Shown: piece after piece, positions 7,538-15,500 of the stretch
Layout: every line of letters begins with the position of its first letter
Position numbering within the stretch: the first letter of the stretch is position 1
Origin: an uncultured virus (IMG/VR IMGVR_UViG_2660238034_000001)
Lineage: Duplodnaviria; Heunggongvirae; Uroviricota; Caudoviricetes
Virus record (IMG/VR): IMGVR_UViG_2660238034_000001
DNA length: 20,000 nt
Reading direction: 5' to 3' (one strand)
Made by a program: the position numbers and the translations under genes
Notes under the pieces: model-generated
Seen by the model: the letters and a program-made list of their open reading frames with translations, nothing else
What the model was told of the DNA's origin: nothing
The model's database searches: none

Positions 7538-7566
7538 AATATAGCCGTTTTAATCCAGTTTTGCAA
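7538..7566 (-). promoter_or_regulatory. Late promoter pR'
   Basis: TTGCAA-17 bp-TATATT upstream of tR' and the lysis genes. Confidence 0.7.
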
Positions 7567-8136
7567 TCACCACGTCGCCAGCTTCTCAGCAAGCAAATCC
7601 CTTTTAATGACTATCCAGCCGCTATCGCGTAATCCGCTCAATATCTGCTCTACTTTTCCAACGAACATGTCTGGACCAACCTGCCGAATGTCTTTGACGT
7701 TACCATCGCGGATCTTAATCAGAAGGTCGATGTTAAGCATGTCGACGGCAGGCTGAACCTGACGTGTTGGTACTGGATGTTTCTGACTGAAATAGCAGTC
7801 TTCCAGCTTCTCGAATACCTCCCATGCCTGATCAGTTTCGAGCATTTTTGCGTGACGTGCAGCTCCGCGTTCTGTCCAGAGAATGAGAGATCGAACGTTG
7901 CGGGCGATTTTCACAGAGTTACTTTGAGTAACCTCGTGCTTCATAGCGCGAAGTTCATCTCCTTCAATCTTGAAGTAATGTTTCCCGCAGACAAAACGCT
8001 CTGAATTTCGACTGAAATTTACTTTGATATTGTTTGTTTCAGTTCCATAAAGTTGCGCCAACAGTTCAGTGGTAATGACAGGGATTTGGTTATGGGTAAT
8101 CGGAGCAAGAGTTTCGACAGAAATTTGAGTTGTCAT
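7567..8136 (-). CDS. ORF6N-domain protein, putative antirepressor
   Basis: PVITTELLAQLYG...FVCGKHYFKIEGDELR...LILWTERGAARHAKMLETDQAWEVFEKLEDCYF. Confidence 0.88.
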   Translation of the reverse strand: MTTQISVETLAPITHNQIPVITTELLAQLYGTETNNIKVNFSRNSERFVCGKHYFKIEGDELRAMKHEVTQSNSVKIARNVRSLILWTERGAARHAKMLETDQAWEVFEKLEDCYFSQKHPVPTRQVQPAVDMLNIDLLIKIRDGNVKDIRQVGPDMFVGKVEQILSGLRDSGWIVIKRDLLAEKLATW

Positions 8137-8186
8137 GGTAATTCCCTCTTAACTGAGATAATCACCACCAACGACGCCAATCGATG

Positions 8187-8265
8187 GGTGGTGAACTGTG
8201 CAGGGTTGGCGTTACCGGGTAAGAGGAACCGGCGCGGATTGCTCCGCCCCCACACAGCCCACCAT
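8187..8265 (-). ncRNA. C4-type antisense RNA (P1 C4 / P4 CI family)
   Basis: Cloverleaf with main stem GGTGGGCTGTGTGGGG/CCCTGCACAGTTCACC, hairpins GCGGA-GCAA-TCCGC and CCGG-TTCCTCTTAC-CCGG, and single-stranded AACGCCAA. Complementary targets lie on both sides. Confidence 0.88.
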
Positions 8266-8296
8266 AATGCGAAGATGTGACTGTGCAAACGACAAT

Positions 8297-8366
8297 AAAA
8301 AAGACGCTGGCGCGTCTGGTGTCGCCTCTTAACATCCGGGACGCCAATCCCGACGCCAGATTTTGC
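8297..8366 (-). promoter_or_regulatory. c4 a1/b1 target leader with conditional terminator
   Basis: a1 ATTGGCGTC in the loop of GGGA/TCCC (8349-8340), b1 GTTAAGAGG (8333-8325), and terminator AGACGC-GCCA-GCGTCT-TTTTT (8317-8297) overlapping the alternative stem TCTGGCGTCG/CGACACCAGA. Confidence 0.78.
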
Positions 8367-8378
8367 TGGCGTACTGGG

Positions 8379-8408
8379 AATATAGCCCCGGATAACTGTT
8401 TGTGTCAA
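8379..8408 (-). promoter_or_regulatory. Sigma70 promoter of the C4/ORF6N cassette
   Basis: TTGACA-18 bp-TATATT, overlapping the Q stop codon. Confidence 0.75.
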
Positions 8409-9082
8409 TTAAGTGCGTATAGGTTGAAAGCCACCTGCTCCGATCGCGTCTTCGATACACTCAAAAGAGACGCCTGATCAAGACGCAGAAATACCGCACG
8501 CATGGTCAACCAGTGTCTGGTGAAGGTTTCTGACCAGTTCTTTTCGCTAACGCCTACCAGTCCCGCTAACTCTTTATATTGATAAACCTCACGCCCGACT
8601 AATTCAGATTTGACATCCTGCGCTGCTAGCCAGATAAGCTTGCGCAGGCGGTCAATAATCTTTTTAGCTACCCGCTTACCCTCCAGTTGCTGGCTGAATT
8701 GCTCCCAGGCCCACTGTGTTATTTCGACCTGGTGTTCCCAGCAGGTATTCTCACTGTAATTCCACAACAACCACGCCTTGTAGTGTTCATCCAGTGAAAG
8801 AACCGCCCGGCGCCATGAGGCAGTGGAATATTCCACAGGCTTCACCAGCGGGATAGCGCTTCCTTTCGCCAGCGACTGCTTGCCGGGGATTGGCGGGTTA
8901 TTTAACTTTACCCAGCTTTCTGTTTCCTCGTCCCAGATACGCTGTTTTTTTCGGGGATAGTTTTTCGTGTCGAATTGCGCGTTCTCCAGCCAGGCCAAAA
9001 GCTGCCCTTTAGTCTCCCCGCTTAAATCGGCTGTCGCTACCATTAGCTGCTCACGTACATACTGGAGGTATTGAGTGTTCAT
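8405..9082 (-). CDS. Q: Late antitermination protein Q (phage 82 type)
   Basis: QYLQYVREQLMVATADLSG.TKGQL...LIWLAAQDVK...LAGLVGVSEKNWSETF; position after ninG/ylcG. Confidence 0.9.
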   Translation of the reverse strand: MNTQYLQYVREQLMVATADLSGETKGQLLAWLENAQFDTKNYPRKKQRIWDEETESWVKLNNPPIPGKQSLAKGSAIPLVKPVEYSTASWRRAVLSLDEHYKAWLLWNYSENTCWEHQVEITQWAWEQFSQQLEGKRVAKKIIDRLRKLIWLAAQDVKSELVGREVYQYKELAGLVGVSEKNWSETFTRHWLTMRAVFLRLDQASLLSVSKTRSEQVAFNLYALN

Positions 9083-9219
9083 TGAGTAAATCCTGTGAAC
9101 TGATAAATACGAACAAAATTGCGCAGGATGCGGTAGTCAACCAACACCGACCCCGGACGGCGGTAAATGCGGAGGCGCTGCCAGCGCATGCGGAGTATCT
9201 CGATCAGTTCTGGTTTCAT
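9079..9219 (-). CDS. ylcG: YlcG-family small protein (46 aa)
   Basis: Manual translation MKPELIEILRMRWQRLRIYRRPGSVLVDYRILRNFVRIYQFTGFTQ; ATGA overlaps at both ends. Confidence 0.85.
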   Translation of the reverse strand: MKPELIEILRMRWQRLRIYRRPGSVLVDYRILRNFVRIYQFTGFTQ

Positions 9220-9827
9220 GCCGCCTCCAGCTTTTTTAGCGCACGCAGATCCGCCAGTGCCGCGAGCCTGATTTCCTTCAGCTCCTCGACCGTCCAGCGG
9301 TGCGTGGTGTTATTGTTCTCGAGTGTCAGCACCGCCGCCTCACCATAACGCTCAACCAGCGCGGCACGATATGCTTCGATGTTCCCTGATTTGTAGACGT
9401 TGCAGACATCACACTGAAGATGGATGTTGAAGCGAGTGAAGCGCAGATGCCCGGCGGCGGCCGTACTTCTGTAATGGCCTGCATGCCATGCGAACGCCGT
9501 CTTCGTTCCACAGGAGATGCAACCGAGTCCTTCTGCCAGTTCGGTTTCGCGGCAAATGTCATTTACGGCGCGCTGCGTCAAGTCAATCCAGTGCTTCAGC
9601 GGCTTAACCGCGGCTTTCCGCTGGCGCCAGGCGGCGCGTTCTTTTTTCTCAGCGGCACGCTGAAGGGATTGCGCCTTACGTTGCGCGGCTTCGCGAGCTT
9701 TTCTGGTCTGTTCTTTGCCGACGGCGCTGGCGCACTGGTACGAGCAAACGATCTGCCCCTCGCGTATCGGGTGAAACCACTGGCGGCATTCTTTGTTTGC
9801 GCACTTACGGCGCGGTAATTTAGCCAT
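9216..9827 (-). CDS. ninG: NinG/Rap junction endonuclease
   Basis: Cys clusters, CISCG...WHAGHYRSTAAAGHLRF...NIHLQCDVCN...SGNI (start 9827 or 9833). Confidence 0.92.
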   Translation of the reverse strand: MAKLPRRKCANKECRQWFHPIREGQIVCSYQCASAVGKEQTRKAREAAQRKAQSLQRAAEKKERAAWRQRKAAVKPLKHWIDLTQRAVNDICRETELAEGLGCISCGTKTAFAWHAGHYRSTAAAGHLRFTRFNIHLQCDVCNVYKSGNIEAYRAALVERYGEAAVLTLENNNTTHRWTVEELKEIRLAALADLRALKKLEAA

Positions 9828-9829
9828 GT

Positions 9830-10039
9830 TCACCCCCAGACCTTTTGGCGTAAGGATTTTGGCGTCCGCACCCGGTGTGCATATTCAGGTAATTTCGCGC
9901 TGACAGTCCAGGTAATGAAGTCAGGGTTCAGGCTCTTTTCTGTCCTTACGCCCCGCTTCTGATAATCCGATACCAGCGTGTCGGCCTGCTCGGTTGTGCA
10001 GTCGTGATGATGGAACCAGGAGTATTTCATCGCCATCAC
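9830..10039 (-). CDS. Hypothetical nin-region protein
   Basis: 69 aa ORF coupled to its neighbours (SWFHHHDCTTEQAD...). Confidence 0.7.
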   Translation of the reverse strand: MMAMKYSWFHHHDCTTEQADTLVSDYQKRGVRTEKSLNPDFITWTVSAKLPEYAHRVRTPKSLRQKVWG

Positions 10040-10638
10040 CCCGCAAAGCTCATGAGCTGGGCGGCGGCGTTCTCGGCCTCGCGCTGAGTACGGAATGTAC
10101 GTGATAAAATCCAGCGCCAGAGAACATCAAGCGCAGATTTATACACCTGCTGAAATTCGACCTCATCCATACTGGAAAAAGCGATGCTGCGGGGATGTTT
10201 GCGAAGGGTGCCGTCCGGTAGCTGGATGGCGTCATAGTGACCAGCCTCAACCGTCACCCATGCGCGGTAGGCATCGAATGATTTACACAGGCTAATCCCG
10301 TTTGTTACCCGGCGGTTTGCAATCTGTTCCAGATACTGTTCAGCCGCATCCAGTAATGCGCTTTCATTCCCGCCATATGCAGCGAGAAACTTTGCATAAC
10401 CGTTTACCAGTTTGCGCTCATTGGCAGAAATGGCGCCGCCGGTGGGTTCCCAGTATTCAAACCCAAGATTAAGCAACGCGAAAAAGCGGCGATGGAATGC
10501 AGGATTCCTCACCTGACGGAACTCAGCCACCAGCACGGCGCCGAGTTTGATTTTTGATTGCAGAATATCACTGGTCTCCGGCGTTGCGGGGATCAGAATT
10601 CCAGATGACTGCTTGATGAGTTGTAATTCGTGCGCCAT
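10036..10638 (-). CDS. DUF1367 family protein
   Basis: VRNPAFHRRFFALLNLGFEYWEP...PRSIAFSSMDEVEFQQVYK. Confidence 0.85.
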   Translation of the reverse strand: MAHELQLIKQSSGILIPATPETSDILQSKIKLGAVLVAEFRQVRNPAFHRRFFALLNLGFEYWEPTGGAISANERKLVNGYAKFLAAYGGNESALLDAAEQYLEQIANRRVTNGISLCKSFDAYRAWVTVEAGHYDAIQLPDGTLRKHPRSIAFSSMDEVEFQQVYKSALDVLWRWILSRTFRTQREAENAAAQLMSFAG

Positions 10639-10672
10639 GGTATTCTCCGTGGCGCAGAAGGTTAACGGTTGT

Positions 10673-10921
10673 TCAGGCCGTTGATTTCATATTATCAGAA
10701 GGTGATGTTACCCGGTAGCCGAGACGGCGAATAAAATGCATAAAACCGTTGGGAGTAAAAACTTCTTCATCATCCAGCAAAGGACGCATAGATACCATGC
10801 CATTTACACGATAGATAAGATGCCTGCCTGATGATGGAAAGCTAAACACTACGCAGCCATCAGATCTTCTTACAATGTCATACCAGCTATCTTCTGATTT
10901 TTGCAAAGCTGAATTACTCAA
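10673..10921 (-). CDS. 82-aa protein, probable Gifsy-type SOS-induced antirepressor (GfoA/GftA-like)
   Basis: GGGAG SD and TTG start. Lies directly downstream of LexA-boxed dinI, the position of Gifsy antirepressors. Function is inferred from synteny only. Confidence 0.55.
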   Translation of the reverse strand: MSNSALQKSEDSWYDIVRRSDGCVVFSFPSSGRHLIYRVNGMVSMRPLLDDEEVFTPNGFMHFIRRLGYRVTSPSDNMKSTA

Positions 10922-11037
10922 TTTTTGTTCTCCCTTCAGGCGATGTACAGACGCGGTTAAAAATTGTCGGCAGCAGCATCAAAGGGATACGCAAATTGCG
11001 GTATTCTGAAAAATGCGCGCCAGCATTAAGCGCAATG

Positions 11038-11271
11038 TTAATAAAACCAGTCGTCAGCGCTCTCCCAGGTCTCCTGGAGGATTTTTTCAACTTTCTTTTT
11101 GTCGTCCTTTTCAGCGCCATAAACGCTTAGGCCGTCAGACCCGGCGCGACGAATAACCAAGCTGCAACCTTCATACTGATTATTGAGCCTCTTAAGCAGT
11201 TCTTTCTCAAGTGCCGCTTCCGCGCCTTCGGGAAGTTTCTTTGTGCGATCAATGGTTAATTCAATTTTCAT
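11038..11271 (-). CDS. dinI: DinI-family protein
   Basis: MKIELTIDRTKKLPEGAEAALEKELLKRL...ILQETWESADDWFY. Confidence 0.93.
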   Translation of the reverse strand: MKIELTIDRTKKLPEGAEAALEKELLKRLNNQYEGCSLVIRRAGSDGLSVYGAEKDDKKKVEKILQETWESADDWFY

Positions 11272-11289
11272 AGTAGCCCCCATTGCATA

Positions 11290-11309
11290 CACTGTATTTT
11301 TATACAGTA
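11290..11309. promoter_or_regulatory. LexA (SOS) box
   Basis: Minus strand TACTGTATAAAAATACAGTG (CTG-N10-CAG), about 20 bp upstream of dinI. Confidence 0.92.
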
Positions 11310-11375
11310 TACCTGTACGGAAAAATGATCAACGGTTTAATAGCACTAATTGCTAATTATTATGTCAGCAGGTTA

Positions 11376-11400
11376 AAAATAAACCCGCCGTAGCGGGTTG
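11376..11400 (-). terminator. Rho-independent terminator
   Basis: Minus strand AACCCGC-TACG-GCGGGTT-TATTTTT. Confidence 0.75.
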
Positions 11401-11415
11401 AATACTATGGTGTTT

Positions 11416-11481
11416 TCAGGCAGCGATTTCTTTTGACTGGCAAAGCTCGGGCAAACTGGCGCGCACCAGTACCTCATTCAT
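11416..11481 (-). pseudogene. C-terminal remnant resembling a phage DNA cytosine methyltransferase
   Basis: EVLVRASLPELCQSKEIAA* resembles the EALVRANLPE..AA end of lambdoid Dcm-like genes that sit before dinI. Confidence 0.55.
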
Positions 11482-11503
11482 AAGGGTCATCCGCTAGATA
11501 ACA

Positions 11504-11556
11504 AGCAAGCAAAAATTGCAATAATGCTTGCTGATAAATTTTTCTCAAACGATAAT
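11504..11556 (+). promoter_or_regulatory. Putative P63C promoter with overlapping inverted repeat
   Basis: AGCAAGCA-N13-TGCTTGCT (11504-11532); TTGCTG-17-GATAAT (11528-11556). Confidence 0.5.
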
Positions 11557-11585
11557 TACTTCATCAATTATCCAAGGAGCCCATT

Positions 11586-12614
11586 ATGTCCATTGAAGAT
11601 GAATCCCCACAAGCTAAGGGTGGAAAAGCTCGTGCAGAAAAAATGACTGCAGATGAACGTAAAGAAGTTGCTCAGTTTGCGGCCAACAAGCGCTGGCAAA
11701 GGATCAAAACTAACCTTCCCTCTACCCAGCTCGAAGGTGTTCTAAAAATCAATGACACTGAACTGGAGGTAGCTGTACTCAGCAATGGGAAGCGAATAAT
11801 ATCCCAATCATCCGTTTTTAAAGCATTAGGGCGACCAAGTCGAGGCGTGAGAGCCACGCTGGATGGTGAGATCATACTACCTGCGTTTATGGATGCCGCT
11901 AACCTTATTCCTTATATTAATCAAGAACTTATGGGGGTGATCAAACGAGAGCGATATTTAGACAATTCAGGATCTGAGCTTGAGGGGTATGATGCTTCAA
12001 TACTTCCTCTGGTATGCGATGCTTATTTAAAAGCCAGACAGGATGGTGCGCTAAAAGCAAACCAGATGGATACAGCTCAAAAAGCAGAAATCTTAGTCCG
12101 TTCACTTGCAAAAGTTGGTATTATCGCCCTAGTTGATGAGGCGACAGGCTATCAAGAAATTCGTCCTAAAGATGCTTTACAAGCCTATTTAGACAAAATA
12201 ATCAGTAAGGAACTTTCTGCGTGGGCTAAAAAATTTCCTGACGAGTTTTACGAAAATATTTACAAGCTGAAAAATTGGCCTTGGGCTGGTATGAGTAAGA
12301 ATCGGTTTAGCGTAGTTGCCCATTACACTAGGGATCTTGTGTATGAACGTCTCGGCGACGCTATTCTTCAGGAGCTTGAGAAAAAAACACCAAAACAAAT
12401 GAATGGACAGCGAAAAAACAAAATGCATCAATGGCTTACTGATGATGTCGGCAACCCTATGCTATCCCAGCATTTGCATTCTTTAATTATGGTTCAGCGA
12501 TTAGCCATCGCCAATGGGTACGGATGGAACAGGTTTATTAAAATGGTTGATCAAGTCATGCCACGCAAGGGTGGGACTTTTGAGCTTGAACTTAACGATA
12601 CTTCACTTGATTAA
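11586..12614 (+). CDS. P63C-domain protein, moron
   Basis: KGGKARAEKMT..ER..A..AA.KRW N-terminus; LAKVGIIALVDEATGYQ; WAKKFPDEFYENIYKL...LVYERL...HQWLT; AAGGAG SD. Confidence 0.9.
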   Translation: MSIEDESPQAKGGKARAEKMTADERKEVAQFAANKRWQRIKTNLPSTQLEGVLKINDTELEVAVLSNGKRIISQSSVFKALGRPSRGVRATLDGEIILPAFMDAANLIPYINQELMGVIKRERYLDNSGSELEGYDASILPLVCDAYLKARQDGALKANQMDTAQKAEILVRSLAKVGIIALVDEATGYQEIRPKDALQAYLDKIISKELSAWAKKFPDEFYENIYKLKNWPWAGMSKNRFSVVAHYTRDLVYERLGDAILQELEKKTPKQMNGQRKNKMHQWLTDDVGNPMLSQHLHSLIMVQRLAIANGYGWNRFIKMVDQVMPRKGGTFELELNDTSLD

Positions 12615-12628
12615 TTCTTCCAATATTC

Positions 12629-12657
12629 ACGCCCAAACTGTCATACAAATTGGGCGT
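12629..12657. terminator. Hairpin after the P63C gene
   Basis: ACGCCCAA...TTGGGCGT. Confidence 0.55.
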
Positions 12658-12939
12658 TAATGTCCCCTTAATACTCTTAACGCTTTTTTGTTTAAGGATG
12701 ATTTCTGATCGGATAAAAGAATGTTTCTTTCATCTGCACAGCATATGTTCATAGTCACCGGAATTATCTCCAACCACTTATGGTTAATGTGATGTTGCAG
12801 ACGCGGCAGGTGGTTAGCAGGGAGATCAGCGGCGTTCTCAACCTGAGAAAAACCACCTATTCCCCTGCCATTTAGACTGTTTCCAAACCACGACCATTTA
12901 GCCCTTATGCCCCCTTCCTGCTGAAACACAATTCAGGTA

Positions 12940-12966
12940 ATAAATAACCCGCACAAGGCGGGCTTG
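12940..12966 (-). terminator. Rho-independent terminator
   Basis: Minus strand GCCCGC-CTTGT-GCGGGT-TATTTA. Confidence 0.65.
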
Positions 12967-12982
12967 TAAAAGTAACTTGAAA

Positions 12983-13273
12983 TTATTTATAAGTAAAACC
13001 GTACCTCATTAATTTCATATACTCTTCGCTAGTTTTTTTGCATTTATCCTTGTCTTTTAACGCCTTCGCGGTGCAGGCTGCTTCTGAATATCCGATACCT
13101 GTAGCATTAAGAAGCATAATCTTAATAGACTTCTCACAAAGCTCTTGTGCTTCATGGTTTGCCGGATTGAAACATGTCGACTCAGTCATTCGTTTAAAAT
13201 CTATTACATCAGAGTTGCTATCCGCAAAAACAGAACAACTGACTATCAAAAGTAACGTACACAAAAATTTCAT
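12983..13273 (-). CDS. Small exported protein with four Cys in the mature part
   Basis: Sec signal peptide MKFLCTLLLIVSCSVFA/D; AAGGA SD; AT-rich; own terminator. Confidence 0.75.
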   Translation of the reverse strand: MKFLCTLLLIVSCSVFADSNSDVIDFKRMTESTCFNPANHEAQELCEKSIKIMLLNATGIGYSEAACTAKALKDKDKCKKTSEEYMKLMRYGFTYK

Positions 13274-13310
13274 TTATTCCTTTCCTTTTTATAAACAGGG
13301 TTATTCGCTT

Positions 13311-13514
13311 TTAGTCACTCAAAGCTTTTCCCTCGATAGTATCTGACTCTTTACATAAAATACTCTCGCAGTGTTCTGGTTGCTCTCTCGCTACCTGCTC
13401 AGCTACAACCGGCATGTTCAGACGTTCTTTGTAGGCCACTCCGGAGGCAGCAAGGTCAACGTTAGTTCTGTCGCGTTCTTCCTGAGGTAGCCTTGCAATG
13501 TTTCTGGCTGTCAT
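13311..13514 (-). pseudogene. holE: DNA polymerase III theta (HolE/Hot) homolog, frameshifted
   Basis: [31 protein letters not shown], then a 1-nt loss. The shifted frame gives REYFM*RVRYYR, which includes a premature stop. Confidence 0.88.
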
Positions 13515-13825
13515 ACATCACCTTTCTTCTTTCTGCGTGGGATGGAATATGCTATTTTGGAAAAAGAATTTGTCACAACAAACCCCGGATCGACATAGCG
13601 TTCAAATATTTCCATATTCCCTGGGATTGCACTCTCAGGAATGGATTTTCTTTCGATGTCGACCTTCCAGCGCTTAAGCAGCGCCTTAGCCTGTGCTTCT
13701 GTTAATGGGATATTGCGTTCCTTAGCAACAGCTATTAACTGCTTAACCGTTGGTAGCTTTATGTGGTCTGGGTTTGTCATTTCGAATTTGCTAGAACCAT
13801 CTGTTGAGAGCCATGATTTTATCAT
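13511..13825 (-). CDS. Hypothetical protein (104 aa)
   Basis: GAGGG SD; ATGA overlap with the holE-like gene. Confidence 0.6.
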   Translation of the reverse strand: MIKSWLSTDGSSKFEMTNPDHIKLPTVKQLIAVAKERNIPLTEAQAKALLKRWKVDIERKSIPESAIPGNMEIFERYVDPGFVVTNSFSKIAYSIPRRKKKGDV

Positions 13826-13864
13826 AGCCCTCTTACTAAATTTTAGTACTTGGCCAGCGTGAAC

Positions 13865-14356
13865 TTAACTGCTGGATTTCATCAGGATATCCTGCTGCGG
13901 CGCGTCTGGCAGTGGCATCCATCCGATCACCTCATCCAGATGAAAATCCATTCCCGATGGATCGATAAACCGGTCAGCAATTAATAGCGCTTGCAGAACA
14001 TTGTCATACACAGTGGCTATCAACACATCGGTCTGAATATCAGGCATTCGCTCACTACAGCTTCTCCAGCCACCCGGAATTACCGGAGAGCTGCCAGAAA
14101 GCGGGATGTACTTAACTCCCCAGGCCTCTATGTGCTTCTCTGCGGCTTCCAGTCTATTCAGTAGTGCATTAATCGTGCTGGGGGCTTCCAGTGCCAAATC
14201 AGTTATTGGTCGTTCAAATTCTATTTCTGTGCCGTTTTCGTTGGTTGAGGTTACAGCGAACAAATCACACTCAATTTCATTGTTAGCGAGTTCATACAGT
14301 TGATTTGCGATATCAAATGCGTTTTCAATGCACAGCGCCTGTTTGTCGATGTTCAT
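13865..14356 (-). CDS. Ead/Ea22-like N-terminus plus DUF551 domain protein
   Basis: MNIDKQAL...PSTINALLNRLEAAEK; SPVIPGGWRSCSERMP...VIGWMPLPDAP; GGAGG SD before ATG 14356. Confidence 0.8.
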   Translation of the reverse strand: MNIDKQALCIENAFDIANQLYELANNEIECDLFAVTSTNENGTEIEFERPITDLALEAPSTINALLNRLEAAEKHIEAWGVKYIPLSGSSPVIPGGWRSCSERMPDIQTDVLIATVYDNVLQALLIADRFIDPSGMDFHLDEVIGWMPLPDAPQQDILMKSSS

Positions 14357-14802
14357 GCTGCACCTCCAAAAATCCATTGGTTACCTGCGTGCGCCTGGAA
14401 TTTGCAGGACGTGTCAGGCATAACCAACTCATGAACCACTTCGCCTGTTTCAACAAAGTAGTAGTTGCTGTCTGTAACGTTGTTGATGAAGAATGCCTCG
14501 CGCTCACGCCCTGACATCTCACCGAGAATACGCTGCACCTTTTTGGTGATTGGTCGGTAATCAGGTTCTATGCCAGCCAGTTTTGCCGCCGCGTAGTTGT
14601 GGTGACCATCCATCAGGATGGTGTATTGCTGCCCACGCAGAACTATCGGGTAAACAGATACGATAAAACGCTTAAATCTTGCCGCTCTGTCGTTTACCTT
14701 TGCCTTGTCGAGGTAGCGCTGACTGCTGATAAGCGGACCTTTGATGTTGCTCATTGGCCCTTTATCGGTGATTACTTTTTCAATATCTAATGCAGTTATC
14801 AT
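14353..14802 (-). CDS. ParB-like nuclease domain protein
   Basis: ILMDGHHNYAAAKLAG motif; directly downstream of P (start 14802 or 14754). Confidence 0.75.
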   Translation of the reverse strand: MITALDIEKVITDKGPMSNIKGPLISSQRYLDKAKVNDRAARFKRFIVSVYPIVLRGQQYTILMDGHHNYAAAKLAGIEPDYRPITKKVQRILGEMSGREREAFFINNVTDSNYYFVETGEVVHELVMPDTSCKFQAHAGNQWIFGGAA

Positions 14803-15500
14803 GATCTGACTCCCTTTAGTCCGAATTTGGCCCGAATTTCTGCAATCTTCGCGAGGTTTTGCGCGCGGTTTAGTGGTCTGCCACCAAGAACAGGAAGCTG
14901 CTTAACTGGCTCCGGGATCACCTCTCCACGGTTTATCCTGGTAACCATGTGGTTGAGTTCTTCGACTGCCTTGCGGCGCAACTCGGTATCACTAAGAGCG
15001 TTAGCTCGCATGTTTGAGTACAGTGTGGTGACAAGCCAGTAATGGGCTTTGGATTCCCATGGATATGATTCTGCATCCGGGTATAAACCACGCGTGCGGC
15101 AATACTGGTAAACCATATCGACCAGTTCATTGGCATCAGGAAGCCCGGCAGCAGTTGCCAATTCAGCCTTACACCATGCGACAAACTGGCCTGGAGACGG
15201 AAGAAACGGACGTTCCTGACGGCGGGCGACACGCATTCCGGCCGCAACTTGCTCCATGGTGGTGATGTCGTTCTCACGGAAAGCCAGAACCCACTGACGC
15301 CGGATTTCGTTCATCTCAGCCTGGCTGCGATTAGCTGTGGTAGCAGGGAACGCTGCCATAAGCTGACTAAACACGTTGTTGATGACCTTAGCAACCTGCT
15401 CAACTTGCGGCTTATCGTTATGCTGTTCCGGCATGTTGTTGGCAATACGGCGCATCTGCTCACGGTCAAAATTAACCATCTGCGCAGCAATGTTTTTCAT
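14799..15500 (-). CDS. P: Replication protein P (DnaB loader)
   Basis: MKNIAAQMVNFDREQMRRIANNMPEQ...RRQWVLAFREN...PFLPSPGQFVAWC, matching lambda P. Confidence 0.96.
   Translation of the reverse strand: MKNIAAQMVNFDREQMRRIANNMPEQHNDKPQVEQVAKVINNVFSQLMAAFPATTANRSQAEMNEIRRQWVLAFRENDITTMEQVAAGMRVARRQERPFLPSPGQFVAWCKAELATAAGLPDANELVDMVYQYCRTRGLYPDAESYPWESKAHYWLVTTLYSNMRANALSDTELRRKAVEELNHMVTRINRGEVIPEPVKQLPVLGGRPLNRAQNLAKIAEIRAKFGLKGVRS

Noticed and set aside
8133..8408. Ash-family protein CDS
   Set aside because: Ash-like words are split over three frames, and the TTG start is the promoter -35 itself. The conservation is explained by the C4 RNA and its targets.
12657..12929. 90-aa minus-strand ORF
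   Set aside because: GTG start directly after a terminator, weak SD and no recognisable family; possibly a decayed remnant
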